Part shown: in pieces, positions 1 to 7,433 of the stretch
How the letters are laid out: each line of letters starts with the position of its first letter
How positions within the stretch are numbered: position 1 is the stretch's first letter
Source: an uncultured Verrucomicrobiae bacterium
Lineage (GTDB): Bacteria; Verrucomicrobiota; Verrucomicrobiia; Chthoniobacterales; JAFAMB01
Direction: 5' to 3'
DNA length: 64,000 bases
Assembly (NCBI GenBank): GCA_963837955.1
Contig: CAWIPH010000002.1
Span: 2,944,001-3,008,000, forward strand
Notes under the pieces: generated by a model
What the model saw: only the letters and a program-made list of their open reading frames with translations
Told to the model about the DNA's origin: nothing
Database searches by the model: none
Translations under genes and position numbers: made by a program

Positions 1-858
1 GCCGCTCACCGTGAATTTCAAAAGGTCCACCTCAGAATCAGGCAGTAGCCCGGCTCCTTCGGCACTAATCCAGTAACCGCCGGTTTGCTCGGCGACCTCT
101 TGCAGTTTCCGAATGCCGTTAGTTACCCCGCTCGGACCGGGGAAAGCAACCGTGCAGATGTGTACATCGCTGTCGTGCGCAGCTTTTATGACATCGGATG
201 GTGACGTCTCTTTGTCGTTGGAAACGCCATTTGAGAAGAGGATAACGAATTTGCGATCGGCTGTGACCGCGTTGAGTGACTCGACTGCGTGCTTGGTTTC
301 AAAATAGAGTACCGGTGAGCCGCCCCCGCCCTCGATATCCAGCGTTTCGATCGCTTTACTAATGACCGGCTCTTTGCTGTTCATATCCGCGAGAACTTCG
401 AGATTGCCCGCCGCGGAAATCGTTGCGATCTCCAGCTGGTAAGGAGGCGCGGCCCCAACTCGCGCAAAATTCGTCAGCGTTTTCTTCACTACTTTTAACA
501 ATTTTTTTTGCGCCTCGGCAGAATTTCCGGCTCCGATCGTCTTGTCTACCAGAAGCAGGACCGCACATCGGTAGTTCCCAACCTTGTCTACAGTTGTAAA
601 TCCGATCTTGTCCTTGCTAATTGGAATGCCACCCGCAGAAACGTCGACCGAAGTAACGGCGTAGTGCTGGCCTGGGGGTAACAAAAAATCGACCCGCAGT
701 TTGTGGTCGGTAACTGGGCCATAGGTTACCGTACTCAGAGGCTTTTGGGTCTGCGCCCAACTTGGCATCGGCGCAAGGCTGACACTTACTAGTGCGAGCC
801 GAATCATCAGCCGGGTTATCGCCGTTCTCTTTGGCCGACTAATTAATGGATTGCTCAT
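1..858 (-). CDS. vWA-domain protein with N-terminal signal peptide, truncated by the left window edge
   Basis: Not in the ORF track because it runs off the window. Manual translation from ATG 858 is open to position 1: MSNPLISRPKRTAITRLMIRLALVSVSLAPMPSWAQ...CAVLLLVDKT...RKFVILFSNG...VHICTVAF...LQEVAEQTGGYW, a vWA-like pattern with a degenerate MIDAS. Confidence 0.65.
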   Translation of the reverse strand, partial: MSNPLISRPKRTAITRLMIRLALVSVSLAPMPSWAQTQKPLSTVTYGPVTDHKLRVDFLLPPGQHYAVTSVDVSAGGIPISKDKIGFTTVDKVGNYRCAVLLLVDKTIGAGNSAEAQKKLLKVVKKTLTNFARVGAAPPYQLEIATISAAGNLEVLADMNSKEPVISKAIETLDIEGGGGSPVLYFETKHAVESLNAVTADRKFVILFSNGVSNDKETSPSDVIKAAHDSDVHICTVAFPGPSGVTNGIRKLQEVAEQTGGYWISAEGAGLLPDSEVDLLKFTVSG

Positions 859-931
859 GGATAGGGTCCTCGACGGGTTTGGCCCCGGGTCCTTTCGATT
901 GTTCAAGTATTTAGACCTCGGTTCTCACTCT

Positions 932-959
932 TATTGTTATTAGATGGCCCATTGTGACG
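932..959 (-). promoter_or_regulatory. Candidate ECF-type promoter CGTCACAA-N15-CAATA upstream of the vWA gene
   Basis: Same bipartite motif at 4357-4384 and 7266-7293, all on the minus strand. Confidence 0.5.
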
Positions 960-1073
960 CGAGATAACCAAATATTTGCGGCCAGGGCCGAATCAGGCGC
1001 CGCTACCGGGCTCCTTTCGATCCACGAACCGATTTGTGGCCTTGGGAGGAGCGGTTGGGAGCCACCATCAATT

Positions 1074-2189
1074 ATGAAAAAACGTTTATTATGTCTTCTG
1101 ACTGCGGCATTCTTGCCGGCGGCGTCGTTGTACGCCGCTATCGCTCCAGGTGAGAATTACGCGGTCGTCGGAGTTGGCTTTAGCGGGATCAAAGCCGTAG
1201 TTGTTCAAACAGTAAGATCAGATTCCGAGGGCCCGGCCAAGACTCTGAAAGCTTATCCTCCGCTAGACTTGAATGCCGGCTTTTGGGAACGAACGGCGTC
1301 CGGCGACATCGCAAAAGCTGTCGGGACACTTCTCCAGCAGATGCAAAGCGATTTCAAAATTCCCGAACAGCATTTTTATGTTTATGGAACCAGCGGCCTA
1401 CCGTCTGCCGTGCAAGACAAGCTGGCTAAAACGATTTTCGAAAAAGGAGCAAAGATAGAATTTCTTACGGTGGAACAGGAGGCGGCGCTGCAATTTACTG
1501 GCATCGTGCCGGCCAAGCGATTGAACCAGGTCGTCGTCCTCGATATTGGCAGTGGCAACAGCAAAGGCGGTTATATCGCCCAAACCCAGCCCGAATCGCA
1601 ATTCATGCCTTTCGACGTCGATTGGGGCACAAAATCCTGGACCGCTGCAATCGATAAGGCTCGCGGCGACGGCACATTCTTGGTAGCCGCGGAGGCGCTC
1701 TGCAAAGATAAATTGATCCCGGCGATTCGCGCAGAAGTTCAACAGAAACCCGGATTGCAGAACCTGCGCCGAGTCTACCTCTCCGGCGGAATTCCCTGGG
1801 CCATGGTGACACTGCTGCATCCTTACGATCAGAGTCAAACTTGGGTAAAAACCAGCGCTGCTGACATCGACAATTTCTATGAAATGGCTAGGACCAACCC
1901 GAGTCAGTTGCTTTATCCCGACCTGGACAAGGTGCCGGCCGATGTAAAAACGTCAGATCTGCCGAAACTCAAGTCGGCCGTCAGCAAGGAGGTCGCGCGA
2001 GTTGCTACCGTGTTCAGCGAGGATCAATTGCTGGCTGGCGCTCAGATCCTGAAAGCGTTCAGGGATGAGATGTATTTTGAACGGAAGGACGCGATTTTCT
2101 TCGATCGCGAAGCGCTGTACGCATTACCTATAGGTTACCTTTTGCAGAAGCTTTCGCCAGACAGAGCAAAGAGGACCGCGTCGCAATGA
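1074..2189 (+). CDS. Secreted Ppx/GppA-like (ASKHA fold) protein
   Basis: Signal peptide MKKRLLCLLTAAFLPAASLYA at ATG 1074; motifs VGVGFSGIK, GTSGL, LTVEQEA, LDIGSGNS and YLSGG resemble the ASKHA phosphate/connect motifs. Confidence 0.65.
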   Translation: MKKRLLCLLTAAFLPAASLYAAIAPGENYAVVGVGFSGIKAVVVQTVRSDSEGPAKTLKAYPPLDLNAGFWERTASGDIAKAVGTLLQQMQSDFKIPEQHFYVYGTSGLPSAVQDKLAKTIFEKGAKIEFLTVEQEAALQFTGIVPAKRLNQVVVLDIGSGNSKGGYIAQTQPESQFMPFDVDWGTKSWTAAIDKARGDGTFLVAAEALCKDKLIPAIRAEVQQKPGLQNLRRVYLSGGIPWAMVTLLHPYDQSQTWVKTSAADIDNFYEMARTNPSQLLYPDLDKVPADVKTSDLPKLKSAVSKEVARVATVFSEDQLLAGAQILKAFRDEMYFERKDAIFFDREALYALPIGYLLQKLSPDRAKRTASQ

Positions 2190-2255
2190 GGCCAGCCCGA
2201 CGCGGCTCCGGTTTCCTGGCCGTCCTACCTCTTGACTAGGAGGCTATGCGTCATA

Positions 2256-4055
2256 ATGCCGAGAGAAGAAATCTTTTCGGACCGGTTAGGTCTGCCAATC
2301 GGGTTTGAGTTTGAGGGCTTTCGTATCCTGAAGATCCTCGGACGCGGAGGATTTGGCATCACCTATCTGGCCAATGATCTTCAGCTGAACGCCCGCATCG
2401 CGATCAAAGAGTTGTTTCCTAGAGATTTCGTCACTCGCGAGGACGGCATCCGGGTTGGAGCGCGCACTCCAGCGGACCAAGAGAAGGTCAGTTGGGCTAA
2501 GCAGAGGTTCATCGAAGAGGGGCGGATGCTGAAGAGCCTGAACCATCCGAACATCGTTCGCGTCTTCCGGTTCTTTGAGCGGCATGGAACGGCTTACATG
2601 ATCATGGAGTACGTTCCCGGACAAGATCTCCGAGAATGGATGCACGCTCATCGGCACCCGAGCGAGCAGCATTTGCGAGCGGTGTTGATGCCGCTGCTTA
2701 CCGGTTTGGAATACGTTCATCAGAAAGGTTTCCTGCATCGCGATATCAGTCCGGAAAACATCAGAATCACGGAGCAGGGTCGACCGGTGTTACTAGACTT
2801 CGGAAGCGCGCGGGCGGCTCTTACCGGCCGCAAGCTAACCACGATCATTCGCGAGGGTTATTCACCGATCGAACAGTACCAATCGGTCTCTCAGCAGCGC
2901 GCGTTTACCGATCTCTATGCGCTGGCAGCAGTAATGATTCATTGTATTACGGGACAATTACCTCCACAGGCTATTGATCGCACCGGCGAACGCGATCCCT
3001 TCAAGCCGCTGACCCAGCGGGTCCGCGGGAAGTATAGCGAGAGCTTTCTCCGGGCTATTGAAGCCGCATTTGCGGTGATGCCTCAGGATCGGCCCCGCAA
3101 CGTAGCTCAATGGCGTCGAATGTTGAAGCCGCAGAGCGCGCCTCCACCGGAAAAGCAGAGAAGAGTGACCCCTTTGCTCTGGTTGGCGGCGACTGCGCCG
3201 ATTCTCCTGACCCTAGTTGCCGGTTACATTTTCTTCGGTCATCTGCTCTTTCCGACCCCCCCAGACCCTAATCCAAATCCTCTTCACGGTACGGGAGAAA
3301 CCGATCCCAATCTCGCAGCTGAACAGGCGACGAAGGAGAATCCGTTTACTAATTCTTTGCAGATGAAATTCGTGCCCGTGCCGACGCTGGAAGCGAAAGA
3401 TCGGCTGATCTTGTTGTGTATCCATCAGACGCGACGAAGGGATTATGCCTCGCTCAAGACCGCTCCGGATCTTCAGGAGGTCGGTGGAGTGAGGGTCGGA
3501 GCTGACGAACAAGGGAACCCGGTGGACGACGCGCCGGTCGTAAATATCAGTCAAGAGGACGCCAAAGACTTCTGTAAAAGGCTTTCTAACAAAGAGCAGC
3601 ACGGAAGAATCTATCGCTTACCTACTATCAGCGAATGGCGAACCGCTCTGGGTAGCACAGAAAAGCTTCCCTACCCTCCATATAACCAGGAGAAGAAACC
3701 CCTTGGGAATTATATGGACCAGACTGCAGAGCGAACCCTAAAAATGAATTTAAATGGCGAATTTATCCCAAATTACAACGACGGGTATGCAACGATCGCC
3801 CCCGTGATGCATTTCCCCGCCAACGTTCATGGCCTTTACGACATGGGTGGCAATGTCGAGGAATGGTGCTCTGATGAAGGGGGTGGGAAGGCCTTTCGGA
3901 TGGGCGCTTCATGGAGCGACTACAAAAGGGAGAATATTCCGACGCCCGACACACCCAGGTATGATAACCCGACTGGCAAGGCTTTAACAGTAGGCTTCCG
4001 GTGCGTCCTGGAGCTTGACCGAAACGCCGGGAACGCCGGGAGAAGTGAAAAGTGA
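2256..4055 (+). CDS. Hanks-type Ser/Thr protein kinase, TM helix, C-terminal FGE-sulfatase (SUMF1-like) domain
   Basis: Kinase motifs GRGGFG, AIKE, HRDISPEN, DFGSAR, YSPIEQ; TM LLWLAATAPILLTLVAGYIFF; FGE-type motifs TNSLQMKFVPVP, YRLPTISEW, GLYDMGGNVEEWC, GFRCV. The start may be 2232 (TTG) or 2256 (ATG). Confidence 0.9.
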   Translation: MPREEIFSDRLGLPIGFEFEGFRILKILGRGGFGITYLANDLQLNARIAIKELFPRDFVTREDGIRVGARTPADQEKVSWAKQRFIEEGRMLKSLNHPNIVRVFRFFERHGTAYMIMEYVPGQDLREWMHAHRHPSEQHLRAVLMPLLTGLEYVHQKGFLHRDISPENIRITEQGRPVLLDFGSARAALTGRKLTTIIREGYSPIEQYQSVSQQRAFTDLYALAAVMIHCITGQLPPQAIDRTGERDPFKPLTQRVRGKYSESFLRAIEAAFAVMPQDRPRNVAQWRRMLKPQSAPPPEKQRRVTPLLWLAATAPILLTLVAGYIFFGHLLFPTPPDPNPNPLHGTGETDPNLAAEQATKENPFTNSLQMKFVPVPTLEAKDRLILLCIHQTRRRDYASLKTAPDLQEVGGVRVGADEQGNPVDDAPVVNISQEDAKDFCKRLSNKEQHGRIYRLPTISEWRTALGSTEKLPYPPYNQEKKPLGNYMDQTAERTLKMNLNGEFIPNYNDGYATIAPVMHFPANVHGLYDMGGNVEEWCSDEGGGKAFRMGASWSDYKRENIPTPDTPRYDNPTGKALTVGFRCVLELDRNAGNAGRSEK

Positions 4056-4277
4056 GAGGTGAGATCGCCGACAACGCCGTCGTCGCCGACAACGCCGGGA
4101 ACGGTGAACGGTGAAAGGTAGGTTGGAATACCAAATGCGGGAGAAACAAAACAGCAGGGCAAGGCTCCCGCCTAGCCGAATCGAAGGCGCTCCCGGCGAT
4201 TTGCCGGTAGGCATCCATTCACTAATCACCTCTCACTTTTCACCTTCTCCTCGGCGCTCCCGGCGTTCTCGGCGTTT
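4022..4277. mobile_element. MITE/REP-like element with ~40-bp imperfect terminal inverted repeats built from 9-bp AACGCCGGG and 7-bp units
   Basis: Left end AAACGCCGGGAACGCCGGGAGAAGTGAAAAGTGAGAGGTGA is the inverted copy of right end TCACCTCTCACTTTTCACCTTCTCC...CCCGGCGTTCTCGGCGTTT. The core recurs inverted at ~30819-30915. Confidence 0.7.
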
Positions 4278-4356
4278 AAAAAGCACCCAGCAGCCGCCAT
4301 CGAAGATGCCGACCGCTGGGGCCCCGTGTGGCTCTGACCTATCTTCCCTTCTGTGG

Positions 4357-4384
4357 TATTGAGGCAAAGCTGCTCTTTGTGACG
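4357..4384 (-). promoter_or_regulatory. Second copy of CGTCACAA-N15-CAATA motif
   Basis: Direct sequence match; it points away from the ECF gene, toward the kinase 3' end. Confidence 0.4.
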
Positions 4385-4538
4385 GGAAGCCAGCCACGAT
4401 TCCGAACGAACGAAATCGCCCGCAGCGAATTGGGGCAATTTTTTCGCATTCTCCAAGTATGCTTCCATCACTCCTTGCATCTCTTTCGGTAACCGCTTGG
4501 CACGAGTTCCTGTTTCTTCGTGCAAGCTTCCGCACAAG

Positions 4539-5312
4539 ATGAGCAACACAGTCGATTCAACTGGTCCTGCCGAGCGCCATCGCGCTGGATTTCCTACCAC
4601 CCACTGGAGTGTTGTCCTGCGGGCCCGGCAGTCCGGAGATACCAGAGAGTTTAAGAGCGCATTTGATAGGTTGTATCGGGCTTATTGGTATCCACTTTAT
4701 GCCTACGCCCGCAGGTGGGGCCGTTCCCCGGATGATGCTCAGGACCTGACCCAAGGCTTTTTCACGTACGTACTTGAGAAAGATCTGTTTGCTGTCGCCG
4801 ATTCAGACCGAGGAAAATTGCGCACGTTTCTATTGACCGCGTTTAGCCGCTATTTGATGAGAGAGCGAGACCGGGGTGAGGCGGGCAAACGCGGAGGCGG
4901 CCAGCAGATCGAATCACTCGATGAGGAATTTGACGACGGTGAACGACGCTATCGGCACGAGCCTGCAGACCGAGTCACGCCGGAGCGGCTTTTCGATCAA
5001 GCGTGGGCTCACTCGATCCTGGACTCGGCCAAGGCTTATCTCGCAGCCGATGAGGCAGGAGCGGGACGCGCCGAAATGTTCAGGATTCTAGAGCCGTACC
5101 TCGAAAGAGGCAGCTCTGCTGAGATGCCATACAAAGAACTAGCGCTGCAGATTGGCCTGAAAGAGGCCGCCCTGCGCCAAACGATCAAGCGCTTACGCGA
5201 CCGATATCGCGAAGCGGTGCGCACCGCGATCGCCGATACCTTGACTGAGCCCACTGACCAGGCAATAGAGGAAGAGTTACGCGATCTCCGGGCAGCTCTT
5301 GATTCCTACTAA
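4539..5312 (+). CDS. ECF RNA polymerase sigma factor (PVC-type, kinase-associated)
   Basis: N-terminal FPTTHWSVV; sigma2 YWYPLYAYARR...DAQDLTQGFF...RGKLRTFLL; sigma4 PYKELALQIGLKEAALRQTIKRLRDRY. Confidence 0.9.
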   Translation: MSNTVDSTGPAERHRAGFPTTHWSVVLRARQSGDTREFKSAFDRLYRAYWYPLYAYARRWGRSPDDAQDLTQGFFTYVLEKDLFAVADSDRGKLRTFLLTAFSRYLMRERDRGEAGKRGGGQQIESLDEEFDDGERRYRHEPADRVTPERLFDQAWAHSILDSAKAYLAADEAGAGRAEMFRILEPYLERGSSAEMPYKELALQIGLKEAALRQTIKRLRDRYREAVRTAIADTLTEPTDQAIEEELRDLRAALDSY

Positions 5313-6640
5313 AAAAAGAATATCCGCCGAATGCGCGCTACTAGTTCGGCTACGCCTTCATGCCGGTCCCGATGTCGTCTTGCACCGGTTTTGTGAGGCG
5401 GCGGTGTCGAGGGTGGGTTGCGATCGGCAGGCGTGGAATAAGAATCGCCTCTAAAAAAGGCGAATACCTGTCTCAGGCGCGCAAGGATTACCGTCATTTC
5501 ACTCATCTCTCGATGTCGTTTTGCGCCGGCTTTGTGAGTAGGCGATCCCGCCGGCGGATTGCGATCTGATGGTGTTACCGGTTGAGACCCGTTGTCGGGT
5601 ATCGCCTGGTCAGACGGTCCTATTTGCAGCGGGGAATCGGTTGGGGTGGGAGTTGGAGTTTCCGAGGATTCAGGCCTGGAGCCCGTGTCCGTTGGTGGAG
5701 GATTAGCCAGAACGCTTGGTGAGGAACCGGCCGTTGGAGTCGGAGCATCAGCCGTCTGGGCAGGCCTCGAGTTCATCCATCCACCCAGAGATGACCACAA
5801 AACACCCAGCGCCAAAAGAGAGCAGAGACTTACCACGAAAGGTATCACCGCGCCGTTTCTCCGCCGGTTTGCTCCCCCTGTTCCCTCGGTTTCCGGCAAG
5901 GCGACGACAACCGTTACATTATCGCCATCAGGTCCGTTCCGTTTTACCGCGCGCTCGACAGCCTGCGGCAGCAGAGTGGCTACCCTTTCCCTTCGGCTAA
6001 ACAACATGTCAGCCATCTCCTCTACTTTGGTGCGCTCCCAGAAACCATCCGTACATAGTAAGAACGCATCTGCCCCGGAGATGTCAGCCATATCGCGCGC
6101 CGGTTCCTTATAATTTTCGCCGCCAAGTGACTGGAGTAGACTCCCTTGATCCGGGTGCTCGCCCATTTTATCCTCGGACACCATTCCACGCGTAACCATT
6201 ACTTGGAGGACGGAGTGATCCTCGGTGCGCTTGATTAGCCGTCCAGATTGGAAGTGATAAAGCCGGCTATCTCCGGAGTGCACCCAAAATGCTTTGGTTG
6301 GTGTTAGGTAAAGCGCGGCGATCGTGGCGCGCGGAGAAAGACCTTTTTTTGCGCCTTGATCATTCATTCGCTCGTGCGCCATTTTGCACAGCGCATCCAG
6401 CTCAGCCCAGGGATCATCAAATTGCCCACTGCGTTTTTCCCACAGCTGGCGCGCCACTTCTGCAACAGTCTCCGAGGCAAGCCGGCCGCCGCTATTCCCA
6501 CCGACGCCGTCACTCACAACGAGCAAAGCGGTCCTATGTTGGTCAGCCGAGAAATAGCATCCCATGTCCTGCTGCTCGTCGCGGGGTCCTTGTAACTCGG
6601 CTACCAGGAACCGCGTACTCTCCTGTTTGAATTTGTTCAT
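5309..6640 (-). CDS. PP2C-family Ser/Thr phosphatase with TM helix and Pro/Ser/Thr-rich tail
   Basis: Motifs VVSDGVGG, HSGDSRLY, TEDHS, LLCTDGFWE, GDNVT; TM VIPFVVSLCSLLALGVLW. Confidence 0.92.
   Translation of the reverse strand: MNKFKQESTRFLVAELQGPRDEQQDMGCYFSADQHRTALLVVSDGVGGNSGGRLASETVAEVARQLWEKRSGQFDDPWAELDALCKMAHERMNDQGAKKGLSPRATIAALYLTPTKAFWVHSGDSRLYHFQSGRLIKRTEDHSVLQVMVTRGMVSEDKMGEHPDQGSLLQSLGGENYKEPARDMADISGADAFLLCTDGFWERTKVEEMADMLFSRRERVATLLPQAVERAVKRNGPDGDNVTVVVALPETEGTGGANRRRNGAVIPFVVSLCSLLALGVLWSSLGGWMNSRPAQTADAPTPTAGSSPSVLANPPPTDTGSRPESSETPTPTPTDSPLQIGPSDQAIPDNGSQPVTPSDRNPPAGSPTHKAGAKRHREMSEMTVILARLRQVFAFFRGDSYSTPADRNPPSTPPPHKTGARRHRDRHEGVAELVARIRRIFFF
5312..5577 (-). repeat. 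Intragenic tandem duplication (141-bp period) at the PP2C C-terminus
   Basis: TPSDRNPPAGSPTHKAGAKRHREMSEMTVILARLRQVFAFF versus TPADRNPPSTPPPHKTGARRHRDRHEGVAELVARIRRIFFF. Confidence 0.8.
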
Positions 6641-6660
6641 TGGTCGCTGAGCGCGAAACT

Positions 6661-7212
6661 CTAATATTGTCTGCGGAAGGATTTAGCGATCCAACCGGGA
6701 TCGCGGGTTTTCATTCTGGTTACTTCTTCATCGCGAACTTCAGCAAAGTAGTCCGAGTGATCTTCGTCCAGAACAAGTTTCCCTTTTTGAAATGTCAGTT
6801 CTCGCACCGCCCGGAACTTCCATGGAGGATGGAAACCCAGAGGCTCGTACAGCTCGTTGATGAAATCATCACCCAGCAATATCCTGCCGGTGTAGTTCAA
6901 AGGTCGATTCAACTCGGTGTATACGTATTCGCCGCGTTCGTCCCGAAAAGGCCTGCGCTGAAATAGCACGGGATATGCATCGGGAATCTCTGGTTTTACC
7001 TCATTAGTCGATAGTGCAATGGTCAGGCTCTCCAGACGCAATTCGCAATCGATCACTTCGTAGCGCAAACAGAATCCACGCCAGCATGCCGGGTGCAGCT
7101 CCACCGGCCGCAAGTCATAGTCCACCGGATTAAACGGCTCGGGACGGCGGTATCCAACCAGAGCAAAGTCAATTTCTTGGTAAAGAACGATGTCGTGAAT
7201 TTGAGCGGTCAT
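6661..7212 (-). CDS. Conserved hypothetical protein (MTAQI... type)
   Basis: Clean ORF from ATG 7212 ending 20 bp upstream of the PP2C start; motifs ACWRGF and YTGRILLGDDFI...GFHPPW. Confidence 0.7.
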   Translation of the reverse strand: MTAQIHDIVLYQEIDFALVGYRRPEPFNPVDYDLRPVELHPACWRGFCLRYEVIDCELRLESLTIALSTNEVKPEIPDAYPVLFQRRPFRDERGEYVYTELNRPLNYTGRILLGDDFINELYEPLGFHPPWKFRAVRELTFQKGKLVLDEDHSDYFAEVRDEEVTRMKTRDPGWIAKSFRRQY

Positions 7213-7265
7213 TAGAGCTTGGTCCTTGTCTTTTACGGGCAGACGCACGGCAACGCTGCTCTGAA

Positions 7266-7293
7266 TCTTACGATTCCTTACCTATTTGTGACG
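7266..7293 (-). promoter_or_regulatory. Third copy of the motif, CGTCACAA-N15-TAAGA, upstream of the hypothetical-PP2C operon
   Basis: Direct sequence match ~54 bp upstream of ATG 7212. Confidence 0.5.
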
Positions 7294-7433
7294 GCAGAAT
7301 GCAGCTCAGAATACTCTGAAAACTCGCCGCTTCCGTTTGACTGGCGAATCTTCGCTATTGGGGGGCCACAAACGGAGTCGCGAGAGTGAGTTCCTACCGA
7401 TTACGGGTTCGAGAAAAGGCAGCAGCCCCTACG

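Noticed and set aside
4022..4277. CRISPR array
   Set aside because: Units are 7-9 bp without unique spacers of regular length, and there are no cas genes in the window.
3330..4280. Diversity-generating retroelement targeting the FGE/CLec-fold domain of the kinase
   Set aside because: No reverse transcriptase and no template repeat differing at adenines was seen; the AAC-rich repeats downstream belong to the MITE.
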